DNA of 64,000 nucleotides. Origin: Octopus sinensis (Eukaryota). Made by a program: the position numbers and the translations under genes. Positions 39,111 to 53,136 of this stretch are shown piece after piece (the stretch's first letter is position 1; each line of letters opens with the position of its first letter). The notes under the pieces are model-generated. The model was not told the origin of the DNA and made no database searches. It saw only the letters and a list, made by a program, of their open reading frames with translations. Location: NCBI RefSeq assembly GCF_006345805.1, contig NC_043000.1, forward strand, positions 19,530,001 to 19,594,000, given 5' to 3'.

Positions 39111-39669
39111 ATAGGTTTCGTTCAGAATTGTACGTCTATTATCCTTTTAGTAATCTAAATATTCGATGATGCACTAGTATACAATATAAATGCAAGGTCT
39201 AGCGTTGGTTACAATAATGAGATATTATGTAAGTCCCATATAACAGAATTACAATGTGCTATAGGTCTAATGCAAGAACTTCCGGCATTGTTATCTAACC
39301 AATCTGATGTAAAAGTTCAGCCTATTTTAAGGTAGGTTGATATAATCAGAGTTTATGATTGTTATTGATACTTTGATAAGTACGTTGTAGCCATTGAAAG
39401 TGATCGGTGTATTGACTGCAGAGAAGTATGTAAATCCTTTACAAGCAATAAGAAGCCTGAAAAAATTCTATAAAGTACTGCTTTTCGCAAAAATAAAAGT
39501 TTACTAAGCGTTAACTGAAGCAACTTGACTTTGGTTTATCAAAAGACGAATCACCTACTCACTCACTTAGTTTTTCCAACAATGCGACCATTGCAATAGC
39601 TTACGGCATTCTAAGAATTTTGAACTATGTAAACAACAAAATATTTATATATATATATATATATATATA

Positions 39670-40420
39670 TGTAACGATAAGGATTATATTTTGGTGTAGT
39701 TGCCAATTGTAACGGGTAAGATTGATTAGTAAACATTACTATGAAATGTCGGGGTCAACAGTTGTAACGATAAAAATTTGTTGTTATAATGGCAAGTTGT
39801 AAGATGTGAAAGATGAACAATGCATGAAGTTTTAAGAAAGTATTTATTTACCGTTACGTTGCAATACCTTGCCTCGACGGGCAGGTTATGATAAATCCGA
39901 AAGAATGCGAAGTAAATCTTGTGTTTGTGTCCTCTTTATTGTTTAGTAGTGGTTACAGAAATAGATAGAATGATGTTGTAAGAGAACAGAATTAGAACTA
40001 ATGAGAGTTGTAGGGTGTGGGACGTTGTCTCACAGTTGCTGACAGTAAACTTCATTTCCCTCTCTGACCAAGGTTCTAGCTGGTCAGCCACACTTTGTTG
40101 AGTCGTCACCGACTGTGACTAACTGATTTTTGCTTGGGGTGTGCTTGCTTATATAACTATCCCGAAGGATAGACATATCCTTGAGAACAATAGACTTAAT
40201 AAGTGGTCTTGTTATGTCTATTCTAGCGTTTGGTGAAGTAGAAAAGGTAAGAAAGGGTCAATCGATGAAAACATCATTTCGGCCTAGCTAAAGGCATCTG
40301 GAAAATGTAAAACTGCTGTCAGAGAACAACCATTGTTCCACCGTGGGAAAAGTTCTGTTGCAGTGTTAATTTAAATTTGGCTATAGTGGATCGAATCCAC
40401 TTCATGCATGCAAGATCCGC

Positions 40421-40424
<4 letters not shown>
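39670..40424 (-). mobile_element. Probable solo LTR (755 bp)
   Basis: TG...CA ends with tgtaacg / cgctaca inverted termini; on the minus strand a TATA-like gttatataag precedes AATAAA; embedded in (TA)n so no TSD can be resolved. Confidence 0.65.
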
Positions 40425-40456
<32 letters not shown>

Positions 40457-40682
40457 GTATACCGACAGTTCGAAAAAGAAAGCAGTGAACTGAGGCTTTT
40501 ATCTGCTTACATTTCTACTAGCTCTCGAAAACAATATACACACTTTAATTTATACTTATTCAGTAAGATACATATATACACTATTGATATCAAGCACAAG
40601 TCCACATATTCAAACAAAAGAAGAGTCTACATATTTAAACAAATGAACCAATACATTCACCTGATTGGTATTGTATTCACTC

Positions 40683-41000
40683 AGGTGGCGAGCTGGCAGA
40701 AATGTTAGAACGCCGGGAAAAATGCGTAGCCGTATTTTCGCCTGCCGTTACGTTCTGAGTTCAAATTCCGCCGTGGTCGACTTTGCCTTTCATCCTTTCG
40801 GGAGTCGTTAAATTAAGTACCAGTTACGCACTGGGGTCGATGTAATCGACTTAATCCGTTTGTCTGTCCTTGTTTATCTCCTCTGTGTTTAGTCCCTTGT
40901 GGGTAGTAAAGAAATAGGTATTTCGTCTGCCGCTACGTTCTGAGTTCAAATTCCGCCGAGGCCGACTTTGCATTTCGTCCTTTCGGGGTCGATAAATTAA
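40683..41000 (+). mobile_element. SINE family B, 1.4-mer
   Basis: Full unit, then a restart at gtatttcgtctgcc. Confidence 0.85.
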
Positions 41001-41002
41001 TT

Positions 41003-41496
41003 GTGCGTGCAGCTGTGAGGGGAAATCGTCGAATCACCATCTGTGAGTTATCAGAGAATGTGCAGATTAGTTACGGTTGAGTTCAGTCCATTATCACTGA
41101 AGATTTGGGTATGAGACGCATGTCTACCAAGTTTGTGTCAAAACTGCTTTCAGGTGACGAAAAGACACTAGGGTTTCGGTTACACAAATTCCCTTGTTTG
41201 TGTCGAGATCGATGAAAACTGTTTGAAAACTACGTGGGACCCCTGAGCAGGTATCACCAAGCTTTTGGCAAAATTTAATCCGGATTCGCTGCTCAACTTT
41301 CTCTGTCATGTTCAATGTGATGATCACACACTACACACCTTCCTTCCAAGCACTGCTGTAAACAATAAAAGTGAGCTAGAACGTTAGTGCGCATGCATAA
41401 CATAATTGAAGGTCAATCTGTGTCGAGCGACTTCATTCTGTGTGCTTTAGCTTCGTCACTGTGGCAACAGTCCGGATACTTAATGATCAGACCACG
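41003..41496. mobile_element. Rearranged mariner remnant
   Basis: Left TIR on minus (TA|cgtggtctgatcattaagtatccggactg, 41468-41496); N-terminus MTEKVEQRIRIKFCQKLG on minus; VRAAVRGNRRITICEL...ISYG*VQSIITEDLGMRRMSTKFVSKLL on plus. Confidence 0.8.
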
Positions 41497-41506
41497 TATA
41501 TACATA

Positions 41507-41550
<44 letters not shown>

Positions 41551-41764
41551 TACCTACGTACGTATATAAGCATACTTCTTATCCTAAATTACGTGCATTC
41601 GTATGCGATCAAATTTTGTACACGCCGTAAAACCGGATGACTGTATGTAGGATGTATGTATATGTATGTTGTTGTATGTATGTATGTATGATGTATGTAT
41701 GTATGTATGTATATGTATGTGTTGTGTACATGTATATGTCTATATGTATACATATATATATATA

Positions 41765-41835
<71 letters not shown>

Positions 41836-41840
41836 TATAT

Positions 41841-41916
<76 letters not shown>

Positions 41917-42037
41917 CAATTCATAATTAAGGGCAAACGAAATTATATGGTTAATGGACAATATGTCCAATTTTTCGGCATATCTGGCATTAGAAACTTT
42001 TTAGTTTGCCCTTAATTATGAAGTTTATAGATTTAAC

Positions 42038-42072
<35 letters not shown>

Positions 42073-42081
<9 letters not shown>

Positions 42082-42380
42082 AAAAAATGAAGTTCGAAAA
42101 TGCTGCTATATTAAACCTTTTTTGTAATTTTTATATATACATTATAACATGTTTCAGTTCCTGAAATGAACTTTATCAAAAAAAGTTATATATAAAAAAA
42201 GATAGTTCATGCTATCAAATATAAGAAATTCATTTATAATACACAATGGAGTCAGACATCATAAAGTTCATATATAGTTTGAAGTGAGTTCGTTCATGCT
42301 ATATGTTTTAGCATGTATATATAAAAATTAAAAATTGTATAATATAGCAGCATTTTCGAACTTCATTTTTTACAAATATA
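42073..42380. repeat. Fold-back / MITE-like element with 41-bp perfect terminal inverted repeats
   Basis: 42073-42113 vs 42340-42380. Confidence 0.85.
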
Positions 42381-42411
42381 TACCTACTCGTATACGACAG
42401 CTAATTATATA

Positions 42412-42530
<119 letters not shown>

Positions 42531-43152
42531 ATACATCACAACCTGGGACCTTGAAGACTACTTTGCAAGAAAGAATACTAGTTCCTTAATATTTGATATT
42601 CAATATTCATCTATTCAATAAGATAATCAATACTTCATATCATATACTACTATATATACTTTTTATACTATATATTCTATAATCTACATTAATATTATAA
42701 AGAATATAAATAAAGCATAAAAAGCAGACAGAGTTGGAATTCCTTTGAATAACATATACATATATATATGTATGTATGTGTATATATACATATATATATA
42801 TTGATGAAGGAAAAGTGGCGTTTTACCCACAAATCCAGAAACAGACTGTCCTCGGGTATCGTATATGGATGTGATCTTTCATTGTTTTTTCCCTTATACC
42901 TATGTGAGTTATTTTCTGAGTATGCATTGTCTGGAGACTTTTATTTGCAGTTGAAGAAATAGTCAAATTTTTGGCTGCTATTTCTGAAAAGTTCGGTGTG
43001 TGGTAAAGTGAATTTTTACTTTACCATATTTTTATAAATTAATACTTCAAATATACCGTAAATGGTCTTTACATACCGAATACTGCTTGGTCGAATTTAT
43101 TAACAATTAATTAATTCTACCCCTTTTTGATGACAATATATATATATATATA

Positions 43153-43565
43153 CAGGCGCAGGAGTGGCTGTGTGGTAAGTAGCTTGCTAACAAACCACAC
43201 GGTACCGGGTTCAGTCCCACTGCGTGGCATCTTGGGCAAGTATCTTCTGCTATAGCCCCGGGCCGACCAATGCCTTGTGAGTGGATTTGGTAGACGGAAA
43301 CTGAAAGAAGCCTGTCGTATATATGTATATATATATATATGTTGTGTGTTGTGTGTTTGTGTGTCTGTTTGTCCCCCTAGCATTGCTTGACAACCGATGC
43401 TGGTGTGTTTACGTCCCCGTCACTTAGCGGTTCGGCAAAAGAGACCGATAGAATAAGCACTGGGCTTACAAAGAATAAGTCCCGGGGTTATATGCTCGAC
43501 TAAAGGCGGTGCTCCAGCATGGCCGCAGTCAAAATGACTGAAACAAGTAAAAGAGTAAAAGAGTA
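43153..43565 (+). mobile_element. SINE family A, full length
   Basis: aggcgcaggagtggctgtgtgg head through the gtaaaaga tail. Confidence 0.9.
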
Positions 43566-43607
43566 TACTTATGAATACACACGCACATGCATATAGACAT
43601 ATACTTC

Positions 43608-43640
<33 letters not shown>

Positions 43641-44453
43641 GTACAACCATATAGATATGCACATATATACATACATATATAAACATTTATATACCCGCAT
43701 ATACACATACATGAACATATATACCTTTACACTCATATAAACATATATAGATCTGTATATACGTACATACACATATGCATGCATAAACGCATATATTTTA
43801 TATTTATATGTACATACACCCTCACACACACATACATACATATAGACAGACATATATGCATACACACATATACATACACACATACACACAGATATACATA
43901 CTTACTCTCACACACGCATACAAACATATACATACATACATACATACATACATACATACATACATACATACATACATACATACATACATGTATACATACA
44001 CACATACATACATACATACATACATACACGCATGCATACATACATACCTACATACACTCACACATACGCACATATACATACATACATACACACATACATA
44101 CATACATACATACATACATACATACATACATACATACATACATACCTATAAATGAACAGATACATGCGATTCTTCTTGATGTCCTTGTGAAGCCAGAAGT
44201 ACACACAGGTATTGAACAATTAAGTAACCTATAAGAAAGTGAGATGAAAGATCAAATCCGTTGACTCACGTAATTCAGGTGTATTCATCCATAAGTAATA
44301 GCAGACTGTTTATATGACCAGGCCTGTTACTGATTTAAATGCCGGCATCTGTCTGTAAACACGTTGACTTTATGTCTTCTTAACGCATTCTGCTCGGATG
44401 AGGACCGCAGGTCAAAGCTCCACTGAACGCTTGGTGACCTTTGGAAAGGTATA

Positions 44454-44950
44454 CAGTGATCCCTCGTTTATCGCGGTAGATTGGTTCCGAGACCGGCCGC
44501 GATAACTGAATTTCTGCGAAGTAGAGACACCATATTCACAGTATTTATTTAACGTGTATTTGAACTTTTAAAACCCTCCCTGTAATGTTAACAACCCACC
44601 CATTACAAGTAGGCTATTAATAACAAGGACAACTGTTAAGCAATAACATTTTAGATTTAAAAAAATAAAGATTGTTACTGTTACTCAGGCCAGATTACAA
44701 AATAGAAAGCTGCGGTTCGTCGTCTCTCTCCATTGCATCAATCACAGCCCGTCTTAAGTTCAAATACCCATGTATATGCTTTTTTGCTATTTTAGGCTTG
44801 TTTGTTGTTCCTAGAATAGGAAACAATATTTATTATTAATATTTTAATTGATTTAATGAAAAAGTTAAGGCGTTCATATATATATATTTTTAAAATTCGC
44901 AAAGTCATGAATCCGCGATAGTTGAACCGCGAAGTAGCGAGAGATCGATG
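44454..44950. mobile_element. pogo/Tigger-like MITE
   Basis: TA flanks; TIR cagtgatccctcgtttatcgcgg vs degenerate catcgatctctcgctacttcgcgg. Confidence 0.75.
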
Positions 44951-45656
44951 TAGTGTAAAATATGTTTCCAGAATACAACTGGTAGAATTTCTCAGAGAAT
45001 AGTAAGGGTTAGTATCAACAGAAATCGGTTCGATACAAGACCAAATATACAGTGCATGTATTTAATTGGCAGTATATGACAATCACCAAATATAACATTG
45101 CCCGTTTAAAAACAGGCATTGTTTTCACATCAGTAATCTTGCAAAACAAATATGTAAACTTATATATACAAATTGAGATAGGGGTTGTAAATGCAACCCT
45201 CCATGGGATAACATATATCTAATATACTGCTAGTGAAGTACCCAACAAAGTTAATACATAAATGTTAATGATTGCGATGCAATCAATTCATTTACTGTAT
45301 TATATGGGCAAAGGGAAAATGATTTACCATAAATTACTAATACAAGATAAGAAAATGGAGTATTTGATTTAGATGTATTTCTCCATTTTCTTATCTTGTA
45401 TTAGTAAACTTATATATACATATTTTTCTTCTCTAAACGAATCCAGAATTTTTTGTGAACCATTCGGCGTATTCAGTTCTCATAACAACTGTTTCGAATG
45501 TATAATTGACTTCTTTATAATCTCTGATTTGAGCCTAGGAGAACACTTTACATAAATACTTATAGTTATAGAAGTGCATATAAAAACATTGAAACTCACC
45601 ACCGGTATTATATATCCAACGCTACAAAAATACGGAAGGCACTATTTAGATGGTAA

Positions 45657-46125
45657 CAGGCGTAGGAGTGGCTGTGTGACAAGTAGCTTGCTTACCAACT
45701 ACATGGTTCCGGGTTCAGTCTCACTGCATGGCACCTTGGGCAAGTGTCTTCTACTATAGCCTCGGGCCGAATAAAGCCTTGTGAGTGGATTTGGTAGACG
45801 GAAACCGAAAGAAACCCGTCGTATAAATGTATATATATATATATATATATATATGGGTGTGTGTGTGTGTGTGTGGTGTGCGTGTGTGTATGTGTGTGTG
45901 TTTGTTTGTGTGTCTGTGTTTGACCCCCCCAACATCGCTTGACAACCGACTGTGGTGTGTTTACGTCCCCGTAACTTAGCGGTTCGGCAAAAGAGACCTA
46001 TAGAATAAGTACTAGGCTTTCAAAGAATAAGTCCTGGGGTCGATGTACTCGACTAAAGGCAGTGCTCCAGCATGGCCACAGTCAAATGACTGAAACAAGT
46101 GAAAGAGTAAAAGAGTAAAGAGTAA
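45657..46125 (+). mobile_element. SINE family A
   Basis: Full-length match. Confidence 0.88.
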
Positions 46126-46248
46126 GGAAAAAACTGCCGGATCAATATTAATGAAGAAGTGAGCTGCAAATATTATGTGCGTCTAATAGAGAAGACGAAT
46201 CTCCCAAAATACAGCAATATATATAGCGATAGAGAGAGAAAGAGAGAG

Positions 46249-46283
<35 letters not shown>

Positions 46284-46534
46284 AAGAGGGAAAGAGAGAA
46301 AGAGAAAGAAAGATGTAAAAACTCTTGCAGGATTGGAATGCCATATCCGCTGTAAACTGCACCAAAGAGACATCACAACTTTGGTCGTCTAAAGAGGTAT
46401 AACATATGTGTGTATGTATGAATGTGCGCATATGTATGTACGTGTGCATGTATGTATGTATATGTATATATGTATTTATATGTGTATGTATGTATATATT
46501 TATTTAAACACATACATATGTGTGTGTGAGTGTC

Positions 46535-47145
46535 AGTATATATTTCTTTATTGCCCACAAGGGGCTAAACATAAAGGGGACAAACAAGGACAGGCAAAGG
46601 GGTTAAGTCGATTACATCAACCCCAGTGCGTAACTGGTACATATCTAATCGACCCCGAAACGATGAAAAGCAAAGTCGTTCTTGGCGGAATTTGAACTCA
46701 GAACGTAGCGGCAGACGAAATACCTATTTCTTTACTACCTACAAGGGGCTACACACAGAGAGGACAAACAAGGACAGACAAACGGATTAAGTCGATTACA
46801 TCGACCCCAGTGCGTAACTGGTACTCATTCAATCGACCCCGAAATGATGAAAGGCAAATTCAACCTCGGCGGAATTTGAACTCAGAACGTAGCGGCAGAC
46901 GAAATACGGATAAGCATTTCGCCGGGTGTGTTACCGTTTCTTATTTCTTTACTGCTCACAAGGGGCTACACACAAAGGAGACAAACAAAGAAAGACAAAC
47001 GGATTAAGTCGATTATATCGACCCCGAAAGGATGAAAGGCAAAGTCAACCTCGGCGGAATTTGAACTCAGAACGTAGCGGCAGATGAAATACCACTAAGC
47101 ATTTAGCTCAGCGTGTTAACGTTTCTACCAGCTGACCACCTTGTG
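46535..47145 (-). mobile_element. SINE family B concatemer (about 3 units)
   Basis: Repeat period of about 190-215 bp. Confidence 0.85.
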
Positions 47146-47190
47146 AGTATCACTAAAGTTCCTGAGAGTGCTAGTCAGCACCAGTATTGA

Positions 47191-47312
47191 TAGAAATAAG
47201 AGTCAAAGCAACTCTTAGCCCCGTGAGAGAACTTTTCTAACGACTGACAAGTGAGACAATCGTTAGAAAAGTTCTCTCCCGTGGTTAAGAGTTGTTTTGA
47301 CTCTTATTTCTA
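47191..47312. repeat. Imperfect palindrome, 53-bp arms, 16-bp spacer
   Basis: 47191-47243 vs 47260-47312; related non-palindromic copy at ~3915-4080. Confidence 0.9.
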
Positions 47313-47741
47313 GCAATGCTGATATTCAGTGCACCCACATTCACTTTAGTGACGATTATACTTGTATCTTTCTGTTGTAAATTGCGAATAGCCACCTTCA
47401 TAATTTATTATATATATATATTTATATATATATATATATTCCAACATTCTTATACAGAGAAACTCCCCCCCCCAAAAAAGGCAAGAAATATTAAGCGATT
47501 ATCTCCCTTACACCGGAAGAAATCACTTATTACCTCCCCTTACCTGGAACTCCTCTTTACACTTCTCAACGAAAACATAACGATGTAAGAAATTTGAAAA
47601 GCTGAACGCGAAACCGGTCATTTTTTCAAAAACTATGTCAAAACATTTTATAACATTCTTCTGACATAATGACTCAAATATATATCTTTTAACCTTTTAA
47701 AACAAACCTCCTGTAGTTTTTTCACTTTTTACTATTCTCTC

Positions 47742-47786
<45 letters not shown>

Positions 47787-47853
47787 CTCTCTATATATAT
47801 ATATATATTATATATATATATTATATATATATATATTTATATATATATATATT

Positions 47854-47885
<32 letters not shown>

Positions 47886-48164
47886 TGTATGTATGTCTCA
47901 GTTTCCAATTAATTCCGGTAGTAAAACCATTTTCAACAGAAACTGTTTGAAAATTACACTTATACTCTGAACATTAAAAATATTTTAGCCAGCAAACCTA
48001 TTGATCTAAGATTAATAGGTGCACTTTTGATAACTAATGATATATGCCGACGTAATTACACTTGCAAGATAAGAGGAATAGTATACAAAGCGAAAGTGAG
48101 CTTCGAAAAGAACGAAACACAAAGCGAAAGTGAACTTCTAAAAGAAAGAAACAAGGGCCATAAG

Positions 48165-48420
48165 TAATATAACATGGAAATGACCGAAGGACAATTCGAA
48201 CATAGTATATGCGTATCATACTGTTTTCTTTAGACACAGAACGAATAGACAGTTACGGTTCCACCGAAAAACATCAAGAAACTCGAGAACAACTTCCAGT
48301 TAAAACGAGAATAAAAGAAAATGCCAGCTACATATCAGTGGAACAAAATTATGTCCTTTAAGCACTGCGAATGAGTTTAGTACATCACGACCTACAAAAC
48401 CCACTAAAGACTACTTTGGA
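48165..48420 (+). pseudogene. Highly degraded Penelope-like GIY-YIG remnant
   Basis: MTEGQF then (frameshift) YAYHTVFFRH, resembling G(L/M)TExxFKxRYxNHxxSFRH. Confidence 0.4.
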
Positions 48421-48727
48421 ACTTCCAGGTATTTTGCTGGTATTTTCTCGAAGATCTAGCACCCCACAGATTCTCCCTACTAGTCGTTATATACATTCCT
48501 TCCTCAGAGATTTAGACTAATGTTTTCAGCATACTAAAAACAATTCCAATTTTAATTATTTTTGTACTTAAATATTTGTTTTCTTAAATTTTTAATTGAT
48601 ATTACATTTTGATTGCTTTGCTTTATTTCACTCACTAAATATTATCAAGTTGTATTCCTTTGATATAATATAGTGTCACGATTTCAAAGAATCGCACTCA
48701 ACCATTTAAATTTTTTAAATAATTTAC

Positions 48728-49110
48728 AGGCGCAGGCTTGGCTGTGTGGTAAGTAGCTTGCTTACCAACCACATGGTCTCGGGTTCACTGCATGGCACCT
48801 TGGGCAAGTGTTTTCTACTATAGCTTCGGGCCGACCGAAGCCTTGTGAATGGATTTGGTAGACGGAAACTGAAAGAAGTCTATTGTATATATATGTGTAT
48901 ATACGTGTGTGTGCATATGTTTGTGTGTCTGTTTGTTCCCTCACCATCGTTTGACAACCGGTGTTTGTGTGTTTATGTCCCCGTAACTTAGCGGTTCGGC
49001 AAAACAGATCGATAGAATAAGTACTAAGGTTACAAAGAATAAGTCCTGGGGTTGATTTGTTCGGCTAAAGGTGGTGCTCTAGCATGGCCGAAGTAAAATG
49101 ACCAGAACAA
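48728..49110 (+). mobile_element. SINE family A
   Basis: Full-length match. Confidence 0.85.
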
Positions 49111-49487
49111 AAGAAAAAATTATTCTTCCAGGCACCTAATTTTTTTTTTACATAAATTGCATCTTTAAGAAGAATTTATCTCCCTTGCACACTAGCATCC
49201 TTATATATAAATCATATGCCACGCACAAGATAAGCTACCTCACTAGAAAATCTAGAAGTTATATCCCTTGCAAGCTTCTGTTCATATCACCAAGTATCCG
49301 CACTTAAAGAGACCCACGTTTACCGTTCGAACATTCTACTGGTGAAACAGTTCAATAATGGACGATCAACTGACTTAGTTACTTTGTTTATAGCGCATAC
49401 TACCACTCTACAGCAGGAGTGAGTTCTCTTGTGTTATCACAATATGATAAGCATTACCATACACATACACACATCTATAGTATATAT

Positions 49488-49519
<32 letters not shown>

Positions 49520-49631
49520 CTATATATACATTGGCAAACGTATATGTATATCGGAAATACTCATTCACACACTCAAATACTCGAACCTTTACGCACATAG
49601 AGGTACGTACGAGCCTGTGTGTAAATGAGTC

Positions 49632-49689
<58 letters not shown>

Positions 49690-49779
49690 AACATATAGAA
49701 GAGATTTAACACTTATTTCTTGCAATATACGTGTAGCACCCTCAGTCACAATTAGTGACGATTAAATTTTCCCTATAAA

Positions 49780-49810
49780 TATGCATATGGATATTATATA
49801 TATATGCATA

Positions 49811-49894
<84 letters not shown>

Positions 49895-50510
49895 TATATA
49901 TGTAGTATATAGATAGATAGATAGATAGATAGATATGTATGCAAATATGCGCATATATACGTATGTATATATATATATCTGTATACTAGTATATATGTAT
50001 ACTTATACATATATATACGTGTATGTATAGGTTTGTGCGTGCGTTTCAATATGTAAGTATATTTATATATGTGCATATGTATGTGCATATGTATGTGCAT
50101 ATATGCATATAAATATATGTATATATATATATGTATATATATATTTATAATGTATATTATATGTATACACATATATTTATACATATATATATATATAAAT
50201 ATATATATATATGTATTATATATATATATGTATATTATGTATATATATATATGCATATATATGTTATATATATATGTAAATATATATATGTATATATATA
50301 TAATGTCTATATATATGTGTGTGTGTGTAATGTATATATGACATATATGCACATATTATATAAATATATATGTGTATAAATATATATGTGTATATATATA
50401 TATGTGTGTGTATATATATACATACATACATACATACATACATACATACATACATACATACATACATACACAACATACATACATACATATAAATACATAC
50501 GTATACATAT
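49780..50510. repeat. Compound (TA)n/(TAGA)n/(TACA)n microsatellite
   Basis: Direct reading. Confidence 0.9.
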
Positions 50511-51116
50511 ATTTGATTGGATTGGAGTGACTGCGCATGTTTGTGCGCTTGAGTCTTCAGGTGCCTACATTAGTATGTTGTCACTAGTGCTCGCTTATAT
50601 ATTAAATTGTCGCAATTTTCAATGCCATGTGTGGTGACGTCAAACGACAACAACCTTTCAGAAAACGTCGCATTGCGGTGTTCGTGTCGGCCATGTTTGT
50701 TTTCTGCCGGTCAAAGATATTGCAATGGTGACTAAACGAGTGTGCAAATAACAGCACCAATGCACGTACAAACATTAGTGACAGCACTGCTGCTTATGTT
50801 GCTGCTGCTGCTGTTGCGGCTTGTAGTGCAGTCGCAGCAACAACTATCGCAGACTGAAAGATATATACATGTTGCGTGAGAGATTTTTGTGTAAAGATTG
50901 TGGCTGAACCTCTGTGCGTGATTCTATGACGTAGCGTGCTTGTATATTTGCGCGCGCGCGTTCGTGTGTGTGAATGTGCGCGTGCGTGTGAAAGAGAAAG
51001 GGAAGGAGATAGCTAGAGAGAGGGGACAGTGTGAGAGACAGACGGACAAAGACAAAGACAGAGATACACAGAAAGACACAGAGAAAGACATAGTAAAAGA
51101 CAGAGAGAGAAAATGA

Positions 51117-51169
<53 letters not shown>

Positions 51170-51170
51170 T

Positions 51171-51230
<60 letters not shown>

Positions 51231-51342
51231 GGATAATGAAAGAGGGTATCAAAGAGAGAGAAAGATACACAAAGACAAAGTGAGAGGGAAAGAAAGAGAG
51301 AGAGAGAGAGAGGAGTAATATATGTGTGTATGTGTGTATCTG

Positions 51343-51416
<74 letters not shown>

Positions 51417-52206
51417 ATACGAGAGTGGTGAGTGAGAATATGTGTTTGTTTAACTGGATGCAGAACCAATTTTTGTGGAGACATACATATTACGTATTGA
51501 TTATACGTAATGTGTGTGTGTATGTGCGTGTGTGTGTGTGTACGTGTCAGTGTATGTGTGTGTGTGTGTATTCGTACACTATACGTATATATCAACATAT
51601 AAACGCGCATATCCACGCATGTATGCATATGTGTCTGTGTGTGCTTGCGCAGTTGTGTGAATATATTTTCAAACATAAATACGTACTGTTTTTATTTTAT
51701 TTTACGATTCTGACCAAATTTAATATACAGATAGAAGGGACACTCACAGCCATATACATAATACAAGCATATTCACACACCACACACACACACACACACT
51801 TGAACACATACATGAAGATACATACACACACACATACACAGGCACACACACCTCAGAAAGAGAGAGAGAGAGAGAAAGAGAAAATGAGACTGTGATGGGA
51901 TAGATGTAGAAGAGGAGGAATTTTATGCTTTCATTTGCATTACGTTGGTGTTTCTCTACATTTGCACCCTCTGTAGGCAGGATATTTTACGCAGGTAAAC
52001 ATTATCATCAAATGATGGCACACTGTCATTGGTGGAAACACACGCACGCATGCGCTCGCACGCGCGAACCCACACGCAAGCATAAGCAGACGCACATGTC
52101 TGTTATAACTAGCTATGTTAGAAACCCGTGTTACGTTATATACTGTCACATCAATTCCTATCTACCACACATTTATAGCTGATACTCCCCTAGCCTCTTA
52201 ACAAAC

Positions 52207-52271
<65 letters not shown>

Positions 52272-52273
52272 GT

Positions 52274-52658
52274 AGGCGCAGGAGTGGCTGTGTGGTAAGT
52301 AGCTTGTTTACCAACCACATGGTTCCGGGTTCAGTCCCACTGCGTGGCATCTTGGGCAAGTGTCTTCTGCTATGCCTTGTGAGTGGATTTGGTAGAATGG
52401 AAACTGAAAGAAGCTTGTCGTATATATGTATATATATATATGTGTGTGTATGTTTGTGTGTCTGTGTTTGTCCCCCTAGCATTGCTTGACAACCTATGCT
52501 GGTCCCCGTAACTTAGCGGTTCGGCAAAAGAGACCGATAGAATAAGTACTGGGCTTACAAAGAATAAGTCCCGGGCGCTATTTACTCGACTAAAGGCGGT
52601 GCTCCAGCATGGCCGCAATCAAATGACTGAAACAAGTAAAAGAAAGTAGAGTAAAGAG
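52274..52658 (+). mobile_element. SINE family A
   Basis: Full-length with small deletions. Confidence 0.88.
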
Positions 52659-52729
52659 TATATATATATATATATACACACATTCAAAATACGCACACAC
52701 ACAAACACATGTACACACACACACACTAT

Positions 52730-53136
52730 AGGCGCAGGGGTGGCTGTGTGGTAAGTAGCTTGCTAACCAACGACATGGTTCCGGGTTCAAGTCCCACTGC
52801 GTGGCATCTTGGGCAGTGTCTTCTGCTATAGCCCCGGGCTGACCATGCCTTGTGAGTGGATTGGTAGACGGAAACGAAAGAAGCCTGTCGTATATATGTG
52901 TATATAATATATGTAGTGTGTTGTGTGTTTGTGTGTCTGTGTTTGTCCCCCAAGCATTGCTTGACAACCGATGCTGGTGTGTTTACGTCCCCGTCACTTA
53001 GCGTTTCGGCAAAAGAGACCGATAGAATAAGTACTGGGCTTACAAAGAATAAGTCCCGGGGTCGATTTGCTCGACTAAAGGCGGTGCTCCAGCATGGCCG
53101 CAGTCAAATGACTGAAACAAGTAAAAGAGTAAAAGA
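52730..53136 (+). mobile_element. SINE family A (tandem with the previous copy)
   Basis: Full-length. Confidence 0.88.

Noticed and set aside
39160-39335. 57-codon open frame ending at an AG|GTAGGT donor
   Set aside because: The nearest acceptor gives stops in all three frames; no homology recognised.
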